In this document: positions 51,684 through 63,350 of the stretch, in pieces
Layout of the letters: the number at the start of each line of letters is the position of its first letter
Numbering within the stretch: the first letter of the stretch is position 1
Assembly (NCBI GenBank): GCA_963823665.1
Contig: CAWGMQ010000011.1
Span: 864,001 to 928,000 of the forward strand
Length of the DNA stretch: 64,000 bases
DNA from: an uncultured Planctomycetota bacterium
GTDB taxonomy: Bacteria; Planctomycetota; Planctomycetia; Isosphaerales; Isosphaeraceae
Reading direction: 5' to 3'
Translations under genes and position numbers: made by a program
The notes under the pieces: generated by a model
Told to the model about the DNA's origin: nothing
The model's database searches: none
What the model saw: the letters and a program-made list of their open reading frames with translations, nothing else

Positions 51684-51828
51684 TTTGGTTTCCTGCTTTG
51701 TCGACGTCGGAAGGCTTTCTTGGCCTTCAGAACCTTGATTCTGCTCGTCCCGCGCGTATGGTAATGGAGCAGCACTCGCCTGCGACCCGAACGACAAGTA
51801 TAAAGCTTTTTTCAAGGATTCACCCCCC

Positions 51829-52290
51829 ATGGTCGAAATCGGCAAGCCCGCTCCGGACTTTTCTCTACTGGACCAGAACGGCAAGAAGGTGACACTCTCG
51901 AAGCTGAAAGGCTCACCGGTCGTGCTGTATTTTTATCCCAAGGACGACACTCCCGGCTGCACCAAAGAGGCGTGCAGCTTCCGCGATGAATCCGCCGGCT
52001 TCAAGAAGAAAGGCGCCGTCATTTTGGGCGTGAGCCCCGATGACACCGAGTCACACGCCAAGTTCGCCAAGAAATTCGACCTTCCTTTTCCCTTGCTCGC
52101 GGACGTCGGCAACAAGATCTGTACCGATTATGGCATCTGGAAAGAGAAAAACATGTACGGGAAGAAGTACATGGGCGTCGAGCGAACGACCTTCGTCATC
52201 GACGGCAAAGGGATCGTGCGGCACATCTTCCCGAAAGTGAAGGTCGATGGGCACTCGGCCGAGGTGCTCGAGGCGCTCGAAAAAGCCTGA
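51829..52290 (+). CDS. bcp: Thioredoxin-dependent peroxiredoxin Bcp
   Basis: YFYPKDDTPGCTKEACSFRD and ERTTFVID. Confidence 0.95.
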   Translation: MVEIGKPAPDFSLLDQNGKKVTLSKLKGSPVVLYFYPKDDTPGCTKEACSFRDESAGFKKKGAVILGVSPDDTESHAKFAKKFDLPFPLLADVGNKICTDYGIWKEKNMYGKKYMGVERTTFVIDGKGIVRHIFPKVKVDGHSAEVLEALEKA

Positions 52291-52316
52291 TAGATCCATG
52301 ACCGCGGAAGTGAAGA

Positions 52317-55300
52317 CTACTGAAGACTGGGCTCGAATTTCGCAGTCTGCCACAGACGGACCTCCGACAGCTCGGCGTCGATCGGGGTGCAATACGATGC
52401 GATCGCGCTGCCACTCGATGAGAAATGGAGGCTCCAGACAAAGCCGATCGACGTTCCTAAAGTCAGCAGCTCTTCTCCTGTGGCGACATCCCATAGCCTG
52501 ACGGTTCCGTCCGAGCTGGTGGCGAGCGTGTTCCCCCGGGCGCAGCGCGAGTGCCGTGATCCGGTGGTGGGCCCGTGCAATGGCTTTGATCGGCCGGAGA
52601 GTTTCCGCCGATCGAAGCTCGATCGTCTGTAGATCGTAATCCACCAAAGCGAGCGTGCGACCGTCTTTCGCAATTGTCATAAGGTGTGAAAATGGGGATC
52701 CCTTGACCGCAAGCGCCGTCGATGGCTCCGTTCTGGGATCCCACCGAATCAGTTCACCGGCCCACCGAGCGGCGATGACTTCCTCCGAAGGCGTAATGAC
52801 CGAAGCGCACACCTCAGTCCAGGGCAAAGGGATGTCTCGGCTGCTTGAGAGGTCTCGTAGCGCAAATCTTCCTGCTTCGAAGCGATGCATGAGATAGCGA
52901 TTCTTTGGTGAGAAGCTTATCGTACCCAGCGGCACCGACCCTCTCATACGCGAGCTCTCAAGGCGCACGCCGCCTGCGTTCCAGAATGTACACACCCCGT
53001 CTGTCGTCGCAATTGCCAGTACTTCACCGTCGCTTAAGAACCACGCATTCTGGAACTGGCCGTTCAGTTCGATATGGTTTCGTTCCCGGAGTGATCCCGA
53101 AAAGACGTCCCAACATGAAATGAACCACGCCTTCTCCGACCGGTCCACTTCCAGGACCGACACGCTCTGGCCGTCCGCACCGAAACTGAGCAGGCGAGGT
53201 TCTGTGATCGGAAGCCTCAAGCTCGTGCTGGGCGGCTCAGAATCCCAGAGTTTGACCGTGCCATCGTGGCTTGCAGAGGCGATCGTCCGCCCGTCGGGCG
53301 ATAGGGCCAAGCTCCAAATCTTCCCGCTGTGTCCCTGGTGCATGCCCAGTTGAACTCCCGTGGCCGAGTCCCAGATTCGGATCGTAGCGTCGTCGCTTGC
53401 GGAGATGATCCGTCGATCATCCGGCGAGAACAGCACCGAGAACACGCCGTCGCTGTGGCCCAAGAGCGTGCGCAGCAGACGGCCGCTGGAGATGTCCCAC
53501 ACCCGGACCAATCGGTCACCCTCGGCGGCGACCGCCAACTTGGTTCCGTCGTGCGAGAACACCACGGACTGGCCCCCTCCACTTGCAGATAAGGACGCAA
53601 TCAGCGCACCGCTCGCGAGATTCCAGAGCTTGACATCTTTCCCGCCTACGGTGGCCAGGATCGAACGATCGGGCGAAACGGCCGCAGCGTCGAGGTATCC
53701 GGTCTGAGCGGCACGGATTGCTTTGCGCATACCGCCGGTCTTGCGATCCCAGAGCTTGATAAAGCCGTCTTTCCGTCCCCCCGTCATGACCACTTGCCCA
53801 TCGGCTAGGAACTGGCCCCCTGAGGCCTCACCCGCGTGGGCGTCCAGCTCCAGTGTGCACTTGCTCGTTGCGATCTCCCAGAGTTTGAGCTTGCCCTCGT
53901 CGTCGATCGCGGCAAGCGTCTTCGAGTCGGGCGAAAAAACAGCGCCGTTGACCTCGGTTGCCGATGCCTTGATGGAACGGGCAACCTGCCAGGTTTTGGT
54001 TTCCCGGATCAAGACCATGCCGTCCTTGCCGGTACTCACCAGGAAGTCACCGCCAGGCGAAAACTCGACGTGGTAGACATCGCCGCGATGCCCGGTCAGG
54101 GTGCGTTTTTCGGTGTGGCAACGGCGCAGGAGGTGATACCGCGCGAAGTCACGCCCGTCATCCTCCCCGGGGCTGCGCCCGAGTCGCGCCAGGATCTCTT
54201 GCGCACGGGGCGATTGACCTTCGCCCAGTAGCCGCTCGGCAAGCCTGATGTCGCTTACATCCTGCCTATGGCGCTCATTCGCAGATTCCCGCGCCCGGGC
54301 TTCGGCGTCTTTGCGCTCGGTGAGACGGTGCGCGGCGTCGAGACGGGTTTCATAGATCAAGCCACCGGCCAGAAGCAGCACTGCGCAGGCCGCAACGGCA
54401 GCGAGTACAAAGAGCGCCGTCCGATGCCGCCGAGCTTTTCGTCGCAGCAAGACCCATGCGCCGGGCGGCCGCGCGAGCGTCGGCTCACCCGCCAGGAACC
54501 GATCGAGGTCCTCGGCCACGGCTCGAGCGGTCGGGTAGCGTGCTGCGGACGCCTTTTCCAGGCAGCGCAGGACGATCGCGTCCAACTCGGCAGGAACGTC
54601 CTGCCGCGTCCGGCGGGGCGGCACCGGATCATCGGCGATCAGGCGTCTCAGTGTCTCGAGTTGGCTCTCGCCTCGAAACGGAGGGCCGCCGGTCAAGAGT
54701 TCGTAGAGGGTGCAGCCCAGCCCGTAAACGTCGGTCGGCGGGCCGATCGCCTTCAGTTTGCCTTCCGCCTGCTCGGGCGCCATGTACGGCGGCGAGCCAA
54801 ACGGCGCCCCGCTCCGCGTAGCCGGCCCTTCGCCATCGGCGAGCCAGGCAAGGCTGAAATCCGTGATCCGCGGCTGATAGCTCGCCAGCGAATCGTTTTC
54901 CTCCGGATGCTGGCTGTACGGCCCCCCGCGCTGGAGCAGGATGTTGCTGGGCTTCATATCGCGGTGCAGCACGCCCCGCTCGTGCGCATGCTCGATGGCT
55001 CGCGCCAGAGTCGCAGAGAGCGCGGCCGCGTCACGTGCCGGCACCGGTCGCGATTGCCGCGCCAGCCAGTCCGCCAGCGTCGGGCCCGGGCAATACGCAC
55101 TGGCGATATACGCGATCGTGCCGGCGCTTCCGCTTTCATATACCGGCACGATGTTAGGGTGGTCCAGCCCCGCGGCGGCGTGCGCTTTGCGCTGAAACCG
55201 CTTTCGCGCCTCGGGCGTCAAGAGCGCCTCGGGCTGCGGGACCTTGAGCGCAACGTTGCGCCGCAGCACCGGGTCCCATGCAAGGAAGACAACCCCGAAC

Positions 55301-55650
55301 CCCCCCTGCCCCAGTGCCTGGCGGATCTGAAATCGGCCGAAGCGGCGACACACCTCGGGCTCCGCGGAAGGCGGCCCCGGTCGACGATCTTCGTGTCGAT
55401 CGGATTCTGGGATGCTGGCTTTTGCCGCATCCACATCGCCCGATTTCTCCCCTGCCCTTGGCCAGGCCTCTTCCACGAGGTTCAAGAACGACGCGAGCCA
55501 GTTCCACTCGGGAACGAGCGTCGGGTCAACGGCCTGGGCCCAGTCCGGGGGCGGCTCCTTGCCTGCGGCCAGCAGATCGTGGTAAGCCGCAAGAGCCTCC
55601 GCAAGCTGGTCGTCGGCGCGTTCACGTTCAACGCTGCCCATCGCGGTCAC
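52317..55650 (-). CDS. Ser/Thr kinase with TM and WD40 repeats (frameshift near 52540; DFG reads DFS)
   Basis: GQGGFG, VALK, HRDMKPSNILL and GSPPYMAPE; GH...WD repeats. The last repeat (SSDGTVRLWDVATGEELL) lies in the other frame. Confidence 0.88.
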
Positions 55651-56302
55651 CGACTTCCCGCTTAAGTTGGACGATAGCCCGGCTCCAGACCTTGCGCACC
55701 GCCTCGGCTGTGCAGCTCATATTTCGGCCGATCTCCTCCCAGGAGAGCCCGTCTTCTTGCCGCCAGGCGACCGCCTGCCGGTAGTGCTCGGGAAGCCGCT
55801 GCATCGCCCGTTTCAGTGTTTCCGCACGTTCATTCTGGACGGCGTGGGTGCTCGGCGATGGCGCCGGGCTGGCCACGATCGCGGCGGCCGATCCGGACTG
55901 CAACCCGACAGTTTCCAACGTCACTTCGCGCGCGACGGCTCGTTTCTCGGTCCCCAGGTACGAGCGCCGCAGATTCGCCAGCCGGCATTCCAGAATCCTG
56001 CGCAGCCACGCGCGGATCTCGGGCTCGCTCCGGCCCTGGAAGCCACCGGGATGCCGCTGTGCCTCCAGGAACGTGTCCTGGACCAGGTCCGAGGGCCCGA
56101 CCTTGGCCTGTAGCTCGGGCCCAATCACCTGGTTGGCCATCATCAAGAGGTATTGCCGCAGACCCTCCATGAGCTGGCCGTGGTCGCCGTCGTCGCCAAG
56201 TTTTAGGGTGGCACTGGCTTTGCCAGTGGCTGCCTCTTCCACAAGCTGGCCGGCGTCGTCTTCGCGCGTGTTCGTACCGCTGCGCTCATCGCCGCCCGCC
56301 AT
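55628..56302 (-). CDS. ECF sigma-70 factor (planctomycete kinase-linked)
   Basis: LRQYLLMMA...KVGPSDLVQDTFLEA...AWLRRIL...LPEHYRQ...SWEEIG...AVRKVWSRA; overlaps the kinase start. Confidence 0.9.
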   Translation of the reverse strand: MAGGDERSGTNTREDDAGQLVEEAATGKASATLKLGDDGDHGQLMEGLRQYLLMMANQVIGPELQAKVGPSDLVQDTFLEAQRHPGGFQGRSEPEIRAWLRRILECRLANLRRSYLGTEKRAVAREVTLETVGLQSGSAAAIVASPAPSPSTHAVQNERAETLKRAMQRLPEHYRQAVAWRQEDGLSWEEIGRNMSCTAEAVRKVWSRAIVQLKREVGDRDGQR

Positions 56303-56504
56303 GAAGCCGCACGGCTCGCCATGCTCCGGCCCGTTGCCAGACCCGTCCCGGAAGACCTCCACGGTCATTCACTCCGCATGCATGGTTCATCCCATTGAAG
56401 TGGTTCAACGAGTATGCGGATCGCAGCCGCGAAACACAAGCAAGGTCCCCGTGAATGTTTCCTGCGAGAAACATCTGCGTCAGAGGAATAGCGGCTTGGT
56501 CAAA

Positions 56505-56531
56505 GTAGTAGGCACACGCCGTGTGCCGTCC
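56505..56531. repeat. REP-like palindrome
   Basis: GTAG followed by the hairpin GGCACAC-GCC-GTGTGCC. Confidence 0.6.
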
Positions 56532-56938
56532 ACCAGCCGAACAGAAAAAATCCAAAACGCGGCGTCCGGTTTGGCACGGCGCCGTGATTCTAAGGGAGGG
56601 AGAACCACCGAGCGCCGCCCCTCGTGCGCCGCGGCGAGCAACGACACGCGCGGCCACCCGTCCGCGCTCGACGACGTGTACTGCGCCTCTTCGCACTTGG
56701 CCTTTCTGCTCGATCGCATCACCTTGATCAAGGATCCTTACCATGTCGCCCCACACGTTGCTTTGAAGGTGTGAGGCCGCCGGCCATTGATTGCCGTGAG
56801 CAGCGTTCTTAAGCAAAAGACCTCGATGGGTCCGGGCGTTCGGTCTGCGCCGGGCTCGGTGATCGCCTCGCGCGCCTGGCGCGGGAATCGAGACCAGACT
56901 CCGCCCACATTCGTTTCTTCAGCCCAGGAGATGCCCCC

Positions 56939-59900
56939 ATGCGCCGGAAAAATCCCCGCCTCTTACGCGCCTGCTCCCCCGTGCTTCGTCATGTTTTCCG
57001 GCCAGCGCTGAGCCGGCTGGAAGAACGGACCTTGCTCTCGACCGTCACCTGGGCCAGCGACGTGAGCGGCGACTGGGACAACCCGGCGATGTGGACCGGC
57101 GGGGCCGTACCAGGACCGAGCGATGATGCCGTCATCAGTTTTTCGAACGTCACGGTGACGCACGACACCTCGGTATCGGACACCGTGGATAGCGTGAATT
57201 GTGCCGCTGCCCTCGATATCACCAGCGGCTCGCTCACGATCGACACGACGTCCTCATCACAGCCAACATCAACCATATCCGGGCAATTCAATTTGAGTGG
57301 TGCCTCGTTGCAGGTTCTGGCCGGAAACCTCTACCTCACAGGCGGCGGGACGGTCAGCGGCACGGTCAGCGGCGCGGCCGAAACCCACGTGGAGTTTGAC
57401 GGACCGACCTGGGCGTTCGACAGCTCCTCGAGCATCACCAGCACGGGCGCGGTCGGCTTCACCAGCGATGGCGAGGTGGCCACCGTGAGTGGGACCTACA
57501 ACGTCACCGGTCAGACCTACGACCATGGCAGCACGGTGAGCTTCACGGCGCCGTTCACCGACCTGGGCTCGGACCTTTCCGTCACGGGCAACGCGGTGGT
57601 CAACCTCACCGGGCAGTCCTTCAGCCTGGCAACGTTGGAGGTCGACACCAGCACTCTCAACGGGGCCGGCGGCGCCAGCCTGACGGTCACCGGGACCATG
57701 ACCTGGGCCAGCGGCACGGTGACCGGCTTCGGGGCGTTGCAGATCCCCAGCGGGGCGGTATTGAATCTGAGCCGGCCGGACACCAACGCGACTGAGACCC
57801 TGGTGGGGGTGGCACTCCAGAACGCGGGCACGGTCAACGTCCTGGGCCTCACCAACAACAACCAGTACGGGCTGTCCCTGCAAAGCGGCGCCGGCGTCGC
57901 CAACCAGTCGGGGGGGAGCTTCACGTTCCAGGTCAATGCGGACGTCTTCAGCGACGGCAGCGCCACTTACTTCAGCAACGCGGGGAACTTGACCCAGGTG
58001 GCGGGCGCCACCGGTACCTCGTACATCCGGCCGGCGTTCACCCGGACCAGCACCGGCTCGACCAGCGTCCAAGGGGGCGCATTGCAGTTCCTGGGCGGCG
58101 GCACGGTCAGCGGGTCGATGACCGGTGCGGCGGGGACGGACATCGAGTTCGACGGGCCCTCCTTCAGCTTGACCAGCTCCTCCAGCGTCACCAGTGCCGG
58201 GGAGGTGGGCTTTGACCAAGGCGGCGAGGTGGCCACCGTGAGTGGGACCTACAACGTCACCGGTCAGACCTACGACCATGGCAGCACGGTGAGCTTCACG
58301 GCGCCGTTCACCGACCTGGGCTCGGACCTTTCCGTCACGGGCAACGCGGTGGTCAACCTCACCGGGCAGTCCTTCAGCCTGGCAACGTTGGAGGTCGACA
58401 CCAGCACTCTCAACGGGGCCGGCGGCGCCAGCCTGACGGTCACCGGGACCATGACCTGGGCCAGCGGCACGGTGACCGGCTTCGGGGCGTTGCAGATCCC
58501 CAGCGGGGCGGTATTGAATCTGAGCCGGCCGGACACCAACGCGACTGAGACCCTGGTGGGGGTGGCACTCCAGAACGCGGGCACGGTCAACGTCCTGGGC
58601 CTCACCAACAACAACCAGTACGGGCTGTCCCTGCAAAGCGGCGCCGGCGTCGCCAACCAGTCGGGGGGGAGCTTCACGTTCCAGGTCAATGCGGACGTCT
58701 TCAGCGACGGCAGCGCCACTTACTTCAGCAACGCGGGGAACTTGACCCAGGTGGCGGGCGCCACCGGTACCTCGTACATCCGGCCGGCGTTCACCCAGAC
58801 CAGCACCGGCTCGACCAGCGTCCAAGGGGGCGCATTGCAGTTCCTGGGCGGCGGCACGCCCGTCACCATCGCCGGTCAAGTGACGATCGACTCGGGGGCA
58901 ACGCTCGCCGCGTCGACCGACTTTGACCAGACGGGCGGCACGATGACGCTCAACGGCGGCTTATTCTCCGGCGGAGATCTGAACATCCTTGGTGGCGCGG
59001 TGACGGGCTCTGGCACCATTTACGCCAATGTCACCAACGCCGGCCAGGTCGTCCCCGGCGGCACCGGCGCCGCCGGCACCCTCACGATCAATGGAACCTA
59101 CACTCAAACTGCCGCCGGTGCCCTCGACATCGCCATCGGCGGCACGACCGCCGGCAGCCAGTACAGCGAACTCGCCGTTTCCGGCGCGGCGACTCTCGGC
59201 GGCACGGTAAATGTGGGCCTGATCGGCGGTTTCCAGCCGGCTCTCGGCAACACGTTCGAACCGCTGACGTTCGCCTCGTACACCGGAAACTTCGGCTTCT
59301 ACAACGGCATTGTCCTCGGCAATCGCCTGCTCCTTGATCCTGCGCTTGATCCGACCAATCTGACGCTCACCGTCCAACCCGCCGTGACGACGACGACACT
59401 CGCCGCGCCGCCATCGCCCTCCGTCTCCGGCCAGAGCGTGACGTTCACGGTCATCGTCACCGTTGCCCTGCCGCCCACCACGATCGATCCCGTCCCCACC
59501 GGCATGGTTACCTTCTTTAACAACGGCACGGCAATCGGAACTGGGATGCTGAGTGTCGTGAGTGGCGAGGACGAGGCCACGTTTTCGACGAGTACGCTGA
59601 GTACGGCCAGCCACTCGATCACGGCCGCTTACACGAGCGGCGATGCCAACTTCATTCCCAGCGCCGTCTCGGCGAGCGTCACACAGGTCGTGAACAAGGC
59701 CGCCACCAGCACCACGGTTGGGACGTCGCCGAACCCGTCTGTGTACGGTCAAACCGTCACCATCACCGCGACGGTGAGCGTCGCCAGCCCGGGCACCACG
59801 GCCGTCGCCTATCCCACCGGCACCGTCACCTTCTACGACGGCGGGACTTCGATCGGAAGCGGCACTCTCAGCGTCATGAGCGGCCATGACCAGGCGACGC

Positions 59901-62598
59901 TGACAACCAGCACCCTGAGCACGGCCACGCACTCGATCACCGCAGCCTACACCAGCGGCGACGGCAACTTCATCGCCAGCCCCGTCTCACCAGCCATCAG
60001 CCAGGTCGTCAACAAAGACAACACCACGACGACCGTAGCTGCCTCACCCACCTCTGCAAACCTGGGCCAGACCGTCACGTTCACGGCGACGGTCACGGCC
60101 AATTCGCCTGGTTCTGGCACGCCCACCGGAACCGTCGACTTCTACGACATCACGGCCAGTACCGACCTCACGCCCGGCGGCGTCGCGCTCTCGTCGGGAA
60201 CAGCCACATTCGCGACGACGAGCCTCGCCGCCGGGCCGCACGTGATCAAAGCCACCTATTCCGGTGATGGCAACTTCGTCACCAGCTTTGGCATGGCCGG
60301 CACGGTCACGGTCGGCCAGTCCATCATTGTTCTCGACCCCTCCGCCGGCGGGGCGCTCAGCCTCTCGGGCAACGCGTCGATCAACTTGCCCGGCGGCGTG
60401 TACGTCAATTCCAACTCCTCGACCGCGCTGTCAGCCAGCGGCAACGCCACGATCAAAGCGACCGTGATCGACGTGCACGGCGGCGCCCAGAAGAGTGGCA
60501 ATGCCAGCTTCAGTCCGGCCCCGACCACCGGCGCGGCGGTTGCCGCGGACCCATACGCGTCGCTGCCCGAGCCCAGCACCACGGGACTGACCAGTTACGG
60601 CTCCGAGAGCTTGAGCGGGAATTCGTCAGCGACGATCAATCCGGGCATTTACAGCGGGATCAGCGTCTCGGGCAACGCCAAGCTCACGATGTGCAGCGGC
60701 ATCTACATCATCGAAGGCGGCGGCTTCAGCGTCTCCGGCAATGCGAGCGTGACCGGCGCGGGCGTGACCATCTTGAATGCGGGCAGCAAATATCCGAGCA
60801 CGGGCGGAACCTACGGCAGCATCTCCCTGAGCGGCAACGGGTCATATAACCTGACGCCGCCGACCAGCGGCACATACGCCGGGATCGTGATCTTCCAGTC
60901 GCGGGACAACACCAAGGCCCTCACCATCAGCGGCAACGCCGTGGGGATGACCGGCGTGATCTACGCGCCGGCCGCCGCGCTCACCGAAAGCGGCAACGCT
61001 CAGTTGAGCGCGTCGATCGACGTCGACACGCTCGCGATCAGCGGCAACGGGGTATCGAATGCCATCACGTTGAGCTCACCCGCGGGCACAGTCGCTTACA
61101 CCCCCGCCCAGATTCGCAGCGCCTATGGCATCAACAGCGTGGCGTCCGATGGCACCAGGGAGACCATCGCCATCGTCGACGCCTACGACGACCCGAGCAT
61201 CGACCAGGCCGTCGACGCCTTCGACACCCAGTTCAGCCTGACCGACTCCGGACCGTCGCTGTATGCTCAGTACGGGCCGGCCTCATCGTTCTTGACCGTC
61301 CTCAATCAAAGCGGCCAATCGACCTCCCTGCCTTCCACCGACCCCAATGGCCCCGGCACCGATAATTGGGAAGTCGAAGAAGCCCTCGACGTCGAATGGA
61401 CCCATGCCATTGCCCCGGGCGCGCAGATCATCCTCGTCGAGGCCAACAGCCAGTCGCTCTCCGATCTGATGGCGGGCGTGGCGACCGCCGCCGCGCAACC
61501 TGGCGTGTCGGTGGTGTCGATGAGCTGGGGATTCCCCGAGGGTCAGGCCGTCTTCGCTGCCGATGAGGCGGCGTACGACAGAGTGTTCAACGTCCCCGGC
61601 GTGACCTTCGTAGCCAGCACGGGCGACTACGGAGCCGCCGATCCCGAGTATCCCGCCTATTCGCCGGACGTCGTGGCCGTCGGCGGCACAAGCCTCACGC
61701 TGAACGCAGATGGCTCATACAACAGTGAGGCCGGTTGGGGCTATTACTCCAGCGCCGCCGGTGCATTGATCGGCTCCGGCGGCGGCCTCAGCTTGTACGA
61801 GCCCGAGCCAGCGTATCAGACGGGTGTTCAATCGACCGGCATGCGGACCACACCCGACGTCTCCCTGGTCGCCGACCCAGCCACCGGAGCATGGATTGCC
61901 GACCCCTATAATCTCGACCCCAGCAATCCGTTCGAAGTGGTGGGCGGCACGAGCTTGTCGGCACCGGCCTGGGCCGGCCTCTTTGCGCTGGTCAATCAGG
62001 GCCGGGCGGCCGCGGGCGAGTCGACCTTGAACAGCGCGACGCCCAGCGATACGCAGCAGGCCCTCTACATGCTGCCTCAGAACGACTACAACACGATCAC
62101 GAGCGGAACCAACGGCGCTACACCGCGAGCGCCGGCTACAACCTGGTGACCGGCCTGGGAACGCCCGTGGCCAACCTGCTGGTGCCCGACCTGGTCGCCT
62201 ACCAGGGGCCGGGCACGACATACGCCGGCTCACCCGTCGCACCGCTCCAGAATGCCGGCCTCGTTGATTCGGGGACGACCGACAGCGGACCGATGGACGT
62301 ATTCAGCGTGTTCGATTCCTTCACGGTAACGAACGTCGGGCTCAGCCAGGCTCAGACGAAGGGCACACGTCTTCCAGACACGGCGCTTGGGCTCACGACG
62401 AACTCCACGAGCCCGGCCGCCCAAAACTTCGCGACTTTCGACGAGGTCCTCGGGGCGCTTCTGGACACCGATTCGCACGACACGTTTATCGGCGACCTGG
62501 CATTCGAGCAGGTCTCGTCGGGGACTCGTAAGGCACGCTCTAAGACGGAATCGATCTGGGCGCCGGAGGGTAGCCCGATCGCCAGCTCTTCGCGGTGA
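56939..62598 (+). CDS. Giant secreted protein: beta-rich adhesin repeats, three Big_3-like Ig domains and an S53 (sedolisin) peptidase (frameshift near 62118)
   Basis: LEERTLL export motif; three GQ(S/T)VT(F/I)T...PTG.V.F...H.I.A.Y repeats; EEALDVEW, SMSWG, STGDYG, PDVS and GGTSLSAP; GYNLVTGLGTP after the shift. Confidence 0.88.
57470..58858 (+). repeat. Intragenic duplication with 753-bp offset
   Basis: 57470-58105 matches 58223-58858 (636 bp); only one difference seen (TRTS vs TQTS). Confidence 0.92.
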
Positions 62599-62740
62599 TT
62601 GCGAAGACGGCGCTCAAGCGCGGTGGGGTTGCACTCACCGTACGCATGGCTCAACAGCCTCAGGCCGAATCGCCTGCCGCGCCCGAAGGCAGCCCGATCG
62701 CCAGCACTTCGCGTTGATTGCGAAGATGGCGCTCGAGCTT
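62559..62740. repeat. Diverged direct repeat of the sigma-like gene 3' end
   Basis: About 62 bp at 62559 and 62679; minus strand LERRLRNHREELAIGLPSGA vs LERHLRNQREVLAIGLPSGA. Confidence 0.8.
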
Positions 62741-63350
62741 GCGGAGGGCCTTGTATTTCTCGTCGCTCACCCGGGTGACGGGTAGTTTCATCTCGTCGCC
62801 GATCTCGGGGACGGACCAGCCTCGCATCCAGAGCTCGATGATGCGGTCCTGGCGCTCGGAGAGAACGGCCGCTCGGGCGGCCTCGAGAATTTCACCGAGC
62901 TCAAGTCGGTTGCGCTCGCGCTCGTCGAGATCAGACGCCGGAGTCGTGAAGCCATCGAGCGGTTGATACCGCTTCGTGCGCTGAACCCGCTTCCGCACCA
63001 TGTCGATCGCCCGCACCAGCTCGCGGCGTTCCGGGGTGTCTTCGGCGAGCACCTGCGTCATGTCGAGCTGGCCCTGGCGGGCCTTGGTCAGAAGGCGGCA
63101 ACATACTTCCTGCGTGCAGTCGTCCCATAGCCGCGGGTCGAGCCGCGCATTGCGCCAGCACGCCGTGCAATAGCGCTGAATGTCGCGAACCATCTCCGTC
63201 TCGGAGGCCTGCGCGGTCGAGCGCCGCAAGGCCGATCACGAAGGCGACGGCCGCCGGGCCCGCTTTCCTCGTTCGAGCGACCAGTGTTTCAGTCGATGCG
63301 GCCGGCTCTTTGGAACCCGCCACTGATTCCGTCGGGGTCTTGTCGTTCAT
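62660..63350 (-). CDS. Sigma-70 family (ECF-like) protein with hydrophobic N-terminal segment (frameshift near 63220)
   Basis: WDDCTQEV region 2-like segment; LSERQDRIIELWMRGWSVPEIGDEMKLPVTRVSDEKYKALRKL region 4. Confidence 0.78.

Noticed and set aside
52051..52316. Kinase C-terminus overlapping bcp on the opposite strand
   Set aside because: Artefact of the frameshift near 52540; the real frame stops at 52317.
3035..63350. About 14 frameshifted genes read as pseudogenes or programmed frameshifts (near 4250, 4670, 7060, 7222, 7725, 11470, 18445, 29937, 34415, 39478, 39737, 52540, 62118, 63220)
   Set aside because: They are single-base shifts, several in homopolymers, and they hit conserved genes such as addA and spoVG whose halves are otherwise intact. 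Sequencing or assembly indels are the simplest explanation.
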